Positions 10,265 through 19,124 of a stretch of DNA of 64,000 nt are shown here, in pieces; within the stretch, counting starts at the first letter, position 1, and each line of letters starts with the position of its first letter. The DNA lies in the IMG/VR virus record IMGVR_UViG_3300003086_000045, positions 1 through 64,000 of that record. The stretch is one strand, 5' to 3'. The DNA comes from an uncultured virus (IMG/VR IMGVR_UViG_3300003086_000045) (lineage: Duplodnaviria; Heunggongvirae; Uroviricota; Caudoviricetes; Demerecviridae). The translations under genes and the position numbers were made by a program. The notes below the pieces were generated by a model that was given only the letters and a program-made list of their open reading frames with translations, ran no database searches and had not been told where the DNA came from.

Positions 10265-10735
10265 ATGGCAACATTAAAAGGAACAAACTTTACAGGAAAT
10301 ATTGGAGAATCTGGTGGTAATTATACCGCTACATTCTATGCTTTCGCAGGAACTGCTTCAAGTGCAAAATATGCGGATTTAGCAGAAAAATATAAAGCTG
10401 ATAAAGAGTATGAAGTAGGCACCGTAGTTATACTTGGTGGTACTGAAGAAATAACGGAGTCACGTTCTCCTAATGATTTTAGAGTAATGGGCGTAGTGTC
10501 AGATAGACCAGCCTATACTATGAACAGTGACTTAGAAGGAGGTACTATAGTAGCTCTAAGAGGAAGAATCAGGTGTAAAGTTATAGGAAAGGTAAGAAAA
10601 GGAGACCTATTGGTTACTTCTTCTATTGCTGGAGTAGCAGAAGCAGATTTAATGGCTAGCGCAACTACATTAGTTGGTAAAGCTATAGAAGAGTATGATG
10701 GAGACGAGGTAGGAACAATAGAAATTTTAGTATAG
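10265..10735 (+). CDS. Stand-alone protein resembling the peptidase G2 / intramolecular-chaperone domain of fibres
   Basis: AKYADLAEKY...GTVV...GVVS..PAY.MN...VALRGR..CKV.G.V.KGDLLV. Confidence 0.7.
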   Translation: MATLKGTNFTGNIGESGGNYTATFYAFAGTASSAKYADLAEKYKADKEYEVGTVVILGGTEEITESRSPNDFRVMGVVSDRPAYTMNSDLEGGTIVALRGRIRCKVIGKVRKGDLLVTSSIAGVAEADLMASATTLVGKAIEEYDGDEVGTIEILV

Positions 10736-10752
10736 GTAGGTAAAAATTTTAC

Positions 10753-10781
10753 TTGACTTTATTATACCTACGTGGTATAAT
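10753..10781 (+). promoter_or_regulatory. Sigma70-type promoter
   Basis: TTGACT-N17-TATAAT with an extended -10 TG, upstream of 10858. Confidence 0.7.
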
Positions 10782-10857
10782 ATATATATTAAAAATTGTT
10801 CCAATGTCAGCCCCGCAGGGTTGATTCTTATTTAATTTAAGTGTTAGGAGATTATCA

Positions 10858-12225
10858 ATGGCAAGAAGACCATTCATCGATGGTGCAGGTGCATCTACGA
10901 CCCCAAATAAGCTAAAAAAGTATAAGTTATCTAAAGAAGGTGGCTTAGTAGAAGTTGTAGGGTTATCTACCCTCTCGAATACAGAAATAGGACTATCAGG
11001 TAATAAATCTGATGTAAGGAATATTGAAGATCTACAACGTAATGATACTGTTTTAGTACGAAATATCAAAGAAGTACAGGATTTATTAACAACCGAATCT
11101 GGTACCCGTAGTACATCTGATACTACACTTCAAAATAATATCGATGCAGAAGAAACTGCACGTATATCTGCAGTTAATACTGTATCTTCTAATTTAACGT
11201 CCGAAGAATCTTCACGTACTATCGCTGATAGTGGGTTAGATGCTCGTGTCTCTACTTTAGAAACTGCCCCTACTTATGCACCATTAGTTAGTTCTGCTAC
11301 AGTACCTCTTAGTCCTAATGCAGGCGATCAGTGGTATAATACAGATACTAATGTTCTATATATTTATTTACATGATGGAGATTCATCACAGTGGATAGAC
11401 ATTAGTACGGATACATTGATGGCAGATTATGTTGCTTCATCAACCTATACTAGTGAGCAGGCTGCTCAAGACACTTTAATTAGTAATACGTTAGCTGCCG
11501 TATCTAGTAATGATACTGATATCACTAGTTTACAGTCTGGCAAAGCCAACGCTGATATGACTAATGTAGGTACTTTACCTGCTAGCGTTGTCGCTCAATT
11601 AAAAGGTGACACAGGAAATACAGGTGCTGCAGGTAGTAATGGTACTAATGGAGCACCTGGTAGTAATGGTAGCGACGGAGCTACCGGAAGTCAAGGAGCA
11701 ACAGGAGCGGATGGACCAGGGTTTTCTTCAGGAACTGCAATGGTGTTTTATCAAGCATCGGCCCCTACAGGATGGACAAAAAGTACGGCACACGACAATA
11801 AAGCTCTGAGAGTTGTTAGTGGCTCAGGCGGCGGTTCAGGTGGTTCATGGCCATTAAGCTCGGGAGATACATCCTCAAGTGGAGGCTCTCACACGCACAG
11901 TACCCCAAGTCACTCTCACTCGCATTCATTAAGTGCAGGATCTCATACATTGAGTACAGCAGAGATGCCTAGTCACGACCACAACTTAAAAAGGCAGAAC
12001 GGTGAATATTATAGTTTTTACGGTGTTCAGCAGTCTAATAAGTGGGATAGCGTAAATTGGGATGGCGGTGTCACGCAAACAACAGGTGGTGGCGGCTCTC
12101 ACTCTCACTCATTATCAGGCTCAATTACTTCAGGTGGTTCAGGTACTTCAGGATCAGCAGGTGCGCATACGCACACAATCTCTGCTCCTCAGTATATTGA
12201 TGTAATTGTTTGCACTAAAGACTAG
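10858..12225 (+). CDS. Tail fibre with collagen segment and HxH metal-binding tip (cassette C)
   Basis: Coiled-coil EE..R repeats, [13 protein letters not shown] motif, Gly-X-Y run, FYQASAPTGWTK collar, many HSH/HTH motifs, HTLSTAEMPSHDH. Confidence 0.85.
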   Translation: MARRPFIDGAGASTTPNKLKKYKLSKEGGLVEVVGLSTLSNTEIGLSGNKSDVRNIEDLQRNDTVLVRNIKEVQDLLTTESGTRSTSDTTLQNNIDAEETARISAVNTVSSNLTSEESSRTIADSGLDARVSTLETAPTYAPLVSSATVPLSPNAGDQWYNTDTNVLYIYLHDGDSSQWIDISTDTLMADYVASSTYTSEQAAQDTLISNTLAAVSSNDTDITSLQSGKANADMTNVGTLPASVVAQLKGDTGNTGAAGSNGTNGAPGSNGSDGATGSQGATGADGPGFSSGTAMVFYQASAPTGWTKSTAHDNKALRVVSGSGGGSGGSWPLSSGDTSSSGGSHTHSTPSHSHSHSLSAGSHTLSTAEMPSHDHNLKRQNGEYYSFYGVQQSNKWDSVNWDGGVTQTTGGGGSHSHSLSGSITSGGSGTSGSAGAHTHTISAPQYIDVIVCTKD

Positions 12226-12524
12226 TGGCACTAGAAGTTGAAATTACCTGCCCTCTTGGTAGTGAATGTGAAACTACTAAAGATAACAAAATACTGAGAT
12301 GTGCTTGGTATACAAAGATTGTTGGGATGGATGCTAATACGGGCAAAGAAGTAGATGAATGGTCTTGTGCTATTGCCTGGATGCCTAGATTACAAATAGA
12401 GATGTCAAGTACCAACAGAGGTCAAACTCAAGCACTAGAAAGTTTTAGGAATGAAACTATTAGAGGACAAGAGGAATTCAATAATCTTGTTAAAAAAAGA
12501 AATAAATTATTAGGAGAACACTGA
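12225..12524 (+). CDS. Cys-containing fibre-associated phage protein
   Basis: CPL..C...CAW...G.D.NTG..VDEW.CAIAW.P.L.IE...ESFRNE; GTG start overlaps the fibre stop. Confidence 0.65.
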   Translation: MALEVEITCPLGSECETTKDNKILRCAWYTKIVGMDANTGKEVDEWSCAIAWMPRLQIEMSSTNRGQTQALESFRNETIRGQEEFNNLVKKRNKLLGEH

Positions 12525-12916
12525 TGGATGTGTGTATTATAAAAGAAGATAGAGTAGTTGCGATTGACGGGGAAGGGATAAATTTTGATTTTGATTTACC
12601 TTCTAACGTATGGGCGATTCAGTGGAACGGCTCAACTGGTGAAATCGAGTTCAATGATGGCACAGCTAACCAAGAAATTAACGACTTTGCAGAGTTTCAA
12701 TATTTAGTTGATGCTCACGCTACCGAGAAGTCTAGACTAGCGGGTGTAGCCACTCAAGAGGCTTTAGATGCTGAAGCTGCCATGACTTACTCAGAAAAGC
12801 GTAAAGCTGAATATGACCAATTAAATCAATTTGAGTTAATCAGTGATGATTCTATCAATGGTACTACAACACATAAAGACGCTATCTTAGCTATCAAAGC
12901 TAAGTTTCCGAAGTAG
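12524..12916 (+). CDS. Tail fibre assembly chaperone-like protein
   Basis: AIQWNGSTGEIE; C-terminal KRKAEY...AIKAKFPK shared with 18751..19062. Confidence 0.65.
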   Translation: MDVCIIKEDRVVAIDGEGINFDFDLPSNVWAIQWNGSTGEIEFNDGTANQEINDFAEFQYLVDAHATEKSRLAGVATQEALDAEAAMTYSEKRKAEYDQLNQFELISDDSINGTTTHKDAILAIKAKFPK

Positions 12917-12947
12917 TACATATATTAATTAAGAAGGAGAATAAACA

Positions 12948-13535
12948 ATGCCTCAAGGATTTCCAAATAGCCCATCAGTAAACAATACAGTTATACTACG
13001 TGGGATGACATACAAATTTAATGGAGTAGCTTGGGATAAAGTTGCCGGAGCTGTTTCAACTGAAATACCATTTGCAACTCAAGTAGACTTAGATTCTGCG
13101 GTTGCTGTTTCAAGTACGCAATCTAATGATATTGCTACGTTGAATACTAATGTAGCTGATATGAATACTGTTATGTCAACAGACACAGAACGATTAAATG
13201 CTGTAGCAGCTTTGACAACTGCATATGATGCAGCTGATGCTACTTTAAACAGTACTTTAACAACAGCAATTGGAACAAAAGCCAATGCTGATATGACTAA
13301 TGTAGGTACCCTACCTTCTAGTGTAGTGACACAATTAAAAGGCGACACTGGAAATACAGGTTCTCAAGGGCCTATAGGAAATACAGGTTCTCAAGGAGCT
13401 ACTGGAAGTACAGGTTCTCAAGGGCCTATAGGAAATACGGGGAGTACGGGAGCTCAAGGAGCTGCAGGAAGTAACGGAGCTACAGGACCGGGCACTTTCT
13501 CTTTATCTGGAACAACCTTAACAATAACTTCTTAA
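12948..13535 (+). CDS. Collagen-like fibre adaptor (cassette D)
   Basis: MPQGFPNSP anchor, MSTDTERL segment shared with 1235, [13 protein letters not shown], Gly-X-Y repeats, ends FSLSGTTLTITS. Confidence 0.8.
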   Translation: MPQGFPNSPSVNNTVILRGMTYKFNGVAWDKVAGAVSTEIPFATQVDLDSAVAVSSTQSNDIATLNTNVADMNTVMSTDTERLNAVAALTTAYDAADATLNSTLTTAIGTKANADMTNVGTLPSSVVTQLKGDTGNTGSQGPIGNTGSQGATGSTGSQGPIGNTGSTGAQGAAGSNGATGPGTFSLSGTTLTITS

Positions 13536-13536
13536 C

Positions 13537-14538
13537 ATGGCTAAGATACATATTAGTGGCGGAGATCACGTTAATGGAGACGGATCCATACGGAATGTAA
13601 CCCATAATGGCTCTACTGTAGAAACTATAGTAGTAGACGGCGTTACTGTATGGAATAAGCCCGTAGATGGAGTTTTTTCTGGCTGGTCAGGCTGGAGTGC
13701 TTGTACTGTAGATTGTGGTGGAGGTACTCAAAACCGCACTAGAAACTGTGGTGGTACAAATCATGGAGGTTACGACTGCTCAGGCTCTACTTCAGAGTCT
13801 CAGGGTTGTAATACTCAAAGTTGTGCTCTATATGTAACAGCGTCAGGGGGGTCTATTTCAACATCAGGTGACTATAGAACACACACCTTTACAGGCTCAG
13901 GCTCATTTAATATTTCTGTAGCAGGCAATGCAGCAGGTTCTAATTCTATTGAATACCTTGTTGTCGGTGGTGGTGGTTACAGACAGCCTGGCAGATATGA
14001 TGCAACAGGAGCAGGTGGAGGTGGAGCAGCTACTTCAGGAACAACAACTAATTTCTCTGCTACATCTTATAATATTACAGTGGGTGGTACAGGTTCAAAC
14101 TCTTCTGCTTTGGGAATAACAGGCAATAAAGGAAATAATGGCATCGGCAGAGATTCTGGAGGATCTTCCGGTAATGGCAATAGCGGTGGCGCTGCCTATG
14201 GTGGTGGTGGAGGCTGTGGCGGGGGCGGTGGTAATAGTTCTACTATGGGCGGTTGTTATGGTTACCCCACAACTAGAGGTGGTAATGGAGGATCAGGTTG
14301 TTCTACTATTTTAGGTACTAAAGGCGGCGGAGGCGGCGGAGGCGGACACAAATGTGGCGCAGGTGGTTCAGGTGGTTCAGGCGGCGGTGGTAATGGTTGT
14401 GCTACAGGATGGAAAGGCGGCTGTGGACCAGGCTCAGGCGCTGTTAACTCAGGTGGTGGTGGCGGTGGCTCTAACGGTTCCTCAACTACTTACAATGGTG
14501 GTTCAGGCGTTGTGGCTCTTAGATATAAATATCAATAG
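13537..14538 (+). CDS. Fibre-tip adhesin with a thrombospondin type-1 repeat and a Gly-rich domain
   Basis: VDGVFSGWSGWSACTVDCGGGTQNRTRNC...CNTQSC, then HTFTGSG, YLVVGGGG, polyGly and GGSGVVALRY. Confidence 0.8.
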   Translation: MAKIHISGGDHVNGDGSIRNVTHNGSTVETIVVDGVTVWNKPVDGVFSGWSGWSACTVDCGGGTQNRTRNCGGTNHGGYDCSGSTSESQGCNTQSCALYVTASGGSISTSGDYRTHTFTGSGSFNISVAGNAAGSNSIEYLVVGGGGYRQPGRYDATGAGGGGAATSGTTTNFSATSYNITVGGTGSNSSALGITGNKGNNGIGRDSGGSSGNGNSGGAAYGGGGGCGGGGGNSSTMGGCYGYPTTRGGNGGSGCSTILGTKGGGGGGGGHKCGAGGSGGSGGGGNGCATGWKGGCGPGSGAVNSGGGGGGSNGSSTTYNGGSGVVALRYKYQ

Positions 14539-14546
14539 GATTAAAT

Positions 14547-14951
14547 ATGGCACATTTTGCAGAATTAGATAAAAATAACATAGTAATCCAAGTAATTGTG
14601 GTTAATAATAAAGATATTAATGAAAGCGCTGAAGAAGAAACAGGGATTAAGTTTTGTAAAGACTTATTCGGAAGTGATACTATTTGGAAGCAGACCTCTT
14701 ATAGTACTACATTTAGATCCAGGTTTGCAGCTATAGGTGGTACGTATGACCCTATAGCAGATGAATTTGTAGATGCAGAGCCCAATCCTTCTTGGAATTT
14801 AGATGAGAGTAACGAATGGCAACCGCCTACTCCTAAACCTGAAGATGGCCATTATTATGATTGGGATGAGAGTAATCTTAGTTGGTTTATAATAAGGGAA
14901 CGAGAAGCTGCTATTCTTGTCGCAGTTGATGGAGAGATAGTAAATTCGTAG
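14547..14951 (+). CDS. Fibre-associated chaperone-like protein
   Basis: MAHFAELD.NN.V..VIVV...WKQTSY...R..FA.IG.TYD...W.PP.PKP, a family commonly found after Gly-rich phage tips. Confidence 0.7.
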   Translation: MAHFAELDKNNIVIQVIVVNNKDINESAEEETGIKFCKDLFGSDTIWKQTSYSTTFRSRFAAIGGTYDPIADEFVDAEPNPSWNLDESNEWQPPTPKPEDGHYYDWDESNLSWFIIREREAAILVAVDGEIVNS

Positions 14952-14969
14952 TATAAAAGGGGATTAAAT

Positions 14970-15377
14970 ATGGATGCTAAGTTAAGTATTGTTTCAAACA
15001 CTTGGATTAAACAGATGGAGTTTAATGGTAAGGAGGATGTTATGCTTGGACATAAGCATAAATTTGACCACCAAACTCTTTTATCTGTTGGAAAGTTTGA
15101 AGTTCGTATAGAGCATAAAGACAAAGATGAAGCAGACCCGGATACTTGGAATTTAGAAGATATTGTGACCGAGTATGAAGCTCCTATTATTATTTACATA
15201 AAAAAAGGTAGAAGACACTCTATTAAGTGTTTATCAGACTATGGATTAGGATATTGTATTCATCCTATTAGAGACGGGGATGCAGTAGAAGATATTGTTG
15301 ATCCTGAGTCTATGCCTTTAATAAGCAACCATAATCCAAGGTCATTGCTCGAAGAAGGGGAGGATGAGGTTGAGTAA
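14970..15377 (+). CDS. Cupin-fold protein
   Basis: GHKHKFDHQTLL...AP..I.I..G..H.I..L...CIH. Confidence 0.7.
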   Translation: MDAKLSIVSNTWIKQMEFNGKEDVMLGHKHKFDHQTLLSVGKFEVRIEHKDKDEADPDTWNLEDIVTEYEAPIIIYIKKGRRHSIKCLSDYGLGYCIHPIRDGDAVEDIVDPESMPLISNHNPRSLLEEGEDEVE

Positions 15378-15978
15378 GGAGGTTAGATTTGACTCTTACC
15401 CACATTTTATCTCAGAGGATGAAAGGCTACTTTTAGTTGATTGGATTAATAGCGGTATAAAAGAAAGTGTACTTACTAATGGCAAGCATAGGAGATTAGA
15501 TAAGAATTTAAAGGAGACTGGAGAATTAATAGATGTAACAACAAGGGTTACAACAAGGACTAATGAGAGCGTTATCTCTTTTCCACAGGTTGCTTTTGAT
15601 ATTCAAAAAAGGATAATAAATAACTTCTCTTTTACAAAAGGCTGTTTTATTGAAACATTTACTAACTTAAGCAATAATGGTATGATAGCGATTGCTACAC
15701 ACAAAGATGGTAATTCATATAAACATATAGACCCAAAAACGGGTAGTCTTCATGCTATTAGATTTAATGTGTTAGTACAAAAGTCTGAAGAAGGCGGGGA
15801 CCTCTTTATAGAAGGTGTTAGACGAGATATTAAAGAGCGTGAACTTCACGTTTACATGGCAACTAAACACTTACACTGGGTTACAAAGGTTAAAGGTAAC
15901 AAGTCAAGGTATATGTGGTCATTTGGTTTTCACGTTCCTAAAAAAGATTGGTTTGATTACACTATAAAGAAAATATAA
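15364..15978 (+). CDS. 2OG-Fe(II) oxygenase (prolyl-hydroxylase-like)
   Basis: HID...EGGDL...HWVTKVKG..SR facial triad and 2OG-binding Arg. Confidence 0.8.
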   Translation: MRLSKEVRFDSYPHFISEDERLLLVDWINSGIKESVLTNGKHRRLDKNLKETGELIDVTTRVTTRTNESVISFPQVAFDIQKRIINNFSFTKGCFIETFTNLSNNGMIAIATHKDGNSYKHIDPKTGSLHAIRFNVLVQKSEEGGDLFIEGVRRDIKERELHVYMATKHLHWVTKVKGNKSRYMWSFGFHVPKKDWFDYTIKKI

Positions 15979-16694
15979 TGAATGAAGAAATAATCTATTA
16001 TGCATATCGTAATTCAGCCGACCAAGAACACGGTTTAATATATGGAAGAGAGCCATCTTCCGCAAACAAAGATTTTATAGCATCTTTAGATGTATCAGAG
16101 AGGGTTAGATTTTTACGTTGTCCTGCTTATCAAGACTCTGTTAGAAATCTATACAACGTGTCAAGTCAGTTTGATATGGATTTAGAGGTTAGGAATGATT
16201 CGATAGGTTCGGATGTCTTAGAACAACAATTCTTTGATAACTATTTGACTGATCATTCGCCGGAAGATAGGCTATATGGACTTCGTCAAAATATAATATT
16301 TATTGCTGATAGTGACTCTTTGGAGATAACACAGAAACACCCCTCTTTAGTTGACACCTCTTGGTGTAGAGACGTTATGGTTATTCATGCTAAAATAGAT
16401 ATAGGAAAATATTTTAGAATGTTAGAGTGTCCTTTTAAAATAAGAAAAGGCGTAAATAAGATTTCTTTACAAGAGGGAGAGCCCTTATACTCAATAGAAG
16501 TACATACTGAAAATAAAGTAAAATTTGTTCCTTTTTATTGGTCATCGGATTTTGAGCATTTAGTTCTAAATATGAGGTTTTTAGGGGAATCAACACATAA
16601 ATGGAAACCACTAAAATTTTATTATGATGTTATTAAAAAGAAAAATATTAAGAAACTTATAATGAGAGAGATTACGAAAAATATTATGGTTTAG
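15978..16694 (+). CDS. Hypothetical protein (CPA-motif, marine-phage type)
   Basis: RCPAYQD...G.YFR...GEPL pattern; coupled to the oxygenase gene. Confidence 0.55.
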   Translation: MNEEIIYYAYRNSADQEHGLIYGREPSSANKDFIASLDVSERVRFLRCPAYQDSVRNLYNVSSQFDMDLEVRNDSIGSDVLEQQFFDNYLTDHSPEDRLYGLRQNIIFIADSDSLEITQKHPSLVDTSWCRDVMVIHAKIDIGKYFRMLECPFKIRKGVNKISLQEGEPLYSIEVHTENKVKFVPFYWSSDFEHLVLNMRFLGESTHKWKPLKFYYDVIKKKNIKKLIMREITKNIMV

Positions 16695-16783
16695 AGATAG
16701 ACGAAAAAGGTATGCCAATAGAAGCATATCAGTGGAACGAAGAATTAATTAATTGGGTATTATTACCCGAACAAGGAGAGTAA
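16691..16783 (+). pseudogene. Relic of a chaperone C-terminus
   Basis: Reads LEIDEKGMPIEAYQWNEELINWVLLPEQGE*, resembling YYDWDESNLSWF of 14547..14951. Confidence 0.4.
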
Positions 16784-16786
16784 ACA

Positions 16787-17500
16787 ATGCCTGAACAAGG
16801 ATTCCCCAATAACCCGGCTGTAAATGATACAACCATTCTTAATGGAATGACATATAAATTCAATGGGTCAGCTTGGGATAAAGTTGCTGGAGCTGTTTCA
16901 ACAGAAATTCCATTTGCAACTCAAGTAGACTTAGATGCTGCTGTTGCNNNNNNNNNNNNNNNNNNTGATATGACTAATGTAGGTACTTTACCTGCTAGCG
17001 TTGTCGCACAATTAAAAGGTGACATAGGAAATACAGGAGCTGCAGGTAGTAATGGTAGTGACGGGGCTACAGGAAGTACAGGAAGTACAGGAAGTACAGG
17101 TGCTGCAGGTAGTAATGGTAGTAATGGTAGTGACGGAGCTACAGGTAGTACAGGTTCTCAAGGTCCTATAGGAAATACAGGTGCTGCAGGTAGTAATGGT
17201 TCTACAGGAAGTCAGGGAGCCACAGGACCACAGGGACCTGGGTGGTCAACACAAGGAGGGCCTAGTTCAACTGTAACTTTAAGTAGTGGTCAAATTTGGA
17301 GCACACCAGGTGCAGGTTGGTATGCCATTGATTCAAATGCTAACGTATGGGACCGCCAGGCTGGGTACAGGAATATCAATGGTATCCTTAGTGGGGCGGC
17401 GGTTTCTTACGTAGGATACTTCCCTAATGGCACCGCAAATCCATGTATTGCTGCAATTAATAGTAATTATGGCATGTTTCGATATGTCAAGTTATCTTAG
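16787..17500 (+). CDS. Collagen-like fibre (cassette E), spans an assembly gap
   Basis: [10 protein letters not shown] anchor, long Gly-X-Y run, short C-terminal beta tip; 18 Ns at 16948-16965. Confidence 0.7.
   Translation: MPEQGFPNNPAVNDTTILNGMTYKFNGSAWDKVAGAVSTEIPFATQVDLDAAVXXXXXXXDMTNVGTLPASVVAQLKGDIGNTGAAGSNGSDGATGSTGSTGSTGAAGSNGSNGSDGATGSTGSQGPIGNTGAAGSNGSTGSQGATGPQGPGWSTQGGPSSTVTLSSGQIWSTPGAGWYAIDSNANVWDRQAGYRNINGILSGAAVSYVGYFPNGTANPCIAAINSNYGMFRYVKLS
16966..17056 (+). repeat. 91-bp repeat ([19 protein letters not shown]), identical at 17958-18048, with close copies at about 11553 and 13289
   Basis: Direct comparison of TGATATGACTAATGTAGGTACTTTACCTGCTAGCGTTGTCGC... Confidence 0.9.
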
Positions 17501-17509
17501 GAGATTATT

Positions 17510-17719
17510 ATGACTAGATATCAATATGATACAGACGGAAGAGTTTACGGGCTTGTTCAGCAAGATAGTATCTTAGACTCGGACCTTGGGGATTTCTTTA
17601 CAGCAAGTGATGTTGTGGTACCTGAAGGATTAACACTATTAACGTTTTATGATTACACGTACATTAACGGGGTGGTTACTCTAGACCCAGATCCGGATTT
17701 CTCGGATTTAACGAAGTAG
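17510..17719 (+). CDS. Small acidic fibre chaperone-like protein
   Basis: 69 aa, GGAG RBS, Y.YINGVVTLDP motif after the fibre. Confidence 0.55.
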   Translation: MTRYQYDTDGRVYGLVQQDSILDSDLGDFFTASDVVVPEGLTLLTFYDYTYINGVVTLDPDPDFSDLTK

Positions 17720-17736
17720 TACATATATTAATTAAG

Positions 17737-17911
17737 AAGGAGAGTAAACAATGCCTGAACAAGGATTCCCCAACAGCCCAGCTGTAAATGATACAACCAT
17801 TCTTAACGGAATGACATACAAATTTAATGGCTCAGCTTGGGACAAAGTTGCTGGAGCAATATCAACAGAAGTTCCATTTGCAACTCAAGTAGACTTAGAT
17901 GCTGCTGTTGC
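17737..17911 (+). repeat. Cassette-start repeat (RBS plus MPEQGFPN anchor), near-identical to 16773-16947 and similar to about 12935-13105
   Basis: Direct sequence comparison. Confidence 0.85.
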
Positions 17912-18738
17912 AGTGTCAACTACACAAACTGGCGATATTGCCGGCTTAACAACAGCTTGATATGACTAATGTAGGTACTTTACCTGCTAGCGTTGTCGCA
18001 CAATTAAAAGGTGACATAGGAAATACAGGAGCTGCAGGTAGTAATGGTTCTGATGGATCATTTGACGGTACTTTGAAGACTATTAATGGAGAGAACTTAA
18101 CTGGTTCTGGTGATATCACAGCTGGTGGGGGTTTTGCTAACCAAATAACTGTTCGTAGTTACGGTCGTGGTAATCATAGTGGTCCACAGGCAACTGCTCA
18201 GTCTGCTACATTCACACCAACAGGTACTACCATAATGGTAACAGGTACTGGCGGTGGTGGTAGCGGTCGTGGTGGTGTTACTGTTAGTGTGGCCTCTGGC
18301 GGGGGTGGCGGTGCTGCTGTGAAATCTCTGGTTATTGCAGTAACAGCGGGTGTACCGATATCTATAGTTTCTGGAAGAGGTGGTGCGCAGTCTGGTGGTA
18401 GTGCTAACGGTAAGGCTGGAGATCCAGCAACTATTACACAAGGAGGCTCTTTACTACTTAGTTTAGGTGCTGGAGCAGGCGGTGTTTATGGATCAGCTGC
18501 AGGGGGCACAGTGACAGGAACTCAAGTACCTTCACATAGTATTGGGGTTTTTAATGGAAACAGTGGAAGAACTGGACAGAGTGCTCGTAATAAATCGCCA
18601 GGGTTAGGTTATTTCGTAACTGTTAGTAATATAGATAATAGTTTTGAGGGGGGCAATACGGATGGATCCGGATCGGCTAATGCTGATGCTTCAGGTGCTC
18701 AACCCGGGTATGACGGGTTTTTACAAATACTATACTAA
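17751..18738 (+). CDS. Fibre with Gly-rich tip (cassette F), frame broken at about 17958
   Basis: ORFs 17751..17960 and 17962..18738 together match the layout of 12948 and 16787; LKTINGENLTGSGDIT and GGGGSG tip; the break lies at a repeat boundary. Confidence 0.65.
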
Positions 18739-18750
18739 TTAGGAGATAAC

Positions 18751-19062
18751 ATGGCAAAATACTGGGCTATCATTGATAGTGATGGCAAAGAATTAAATAG
18801 AGTATGGGACGCGGATGGGGTAACTCCTAGTGACTATGACTCTAAAACTTGGATTGAAACAGACAACATTGAGGACTTACTAGGTAAGCAGTATAATGGT
18901 ACTGAGTGGGTGACCACTGTAGATACTCGTGATTATACAGAAAAGCGTAAAGAAGAATACGATTCATTAAATCAATTTGAAATGCAATTTGATGATCAAA
19001 GAGACGGAACCACTACTTGGGTAGATGCTATTAATGCTATCAAAGCTAAGTTTCCAAAGTAA
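18751..19062 (+). CDS. Tail fibre assembly chaperone-like protein
   Basis: C-terminal KRKEEYDSLNQF...GTTTWVDAINAIKAKFPK, paralogous to 12524. Confidence 0.65.
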   Translation: MAKYWAIIDSDGKELNRVWDADGVTPSDYDSKTWIETDNIEDLLGKQYNGTEWVTTVDTRDYTEKRKEEYDSLNQFEMQFDDQRDGTTTWVDAINAIKAKFPK

Positions 19063-19124
19063 ATAAACTAATGCCTCAATATAGAGGTGCTTAAAATCAA
19101 TTAAGTCGTTAGGAGAAAATAAAA

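Noticed and set aside
13340..13490. CRISPR-like or tandem DNA repeats (also 17030-17240 and 49670-49780)
   Set aside because: They are in-frame coding repeats (collagen Gly-X-Y, SNWGPF) with no repeat-spacer structure.
17950..17965. Programmed frameshift joining 17751..17960 to 17962..18738
   Set aside because: No slippery sequence. The break falls at the same repeat boundary as the N gap at 16948-16965, so misassembly or a deletion is more likely.
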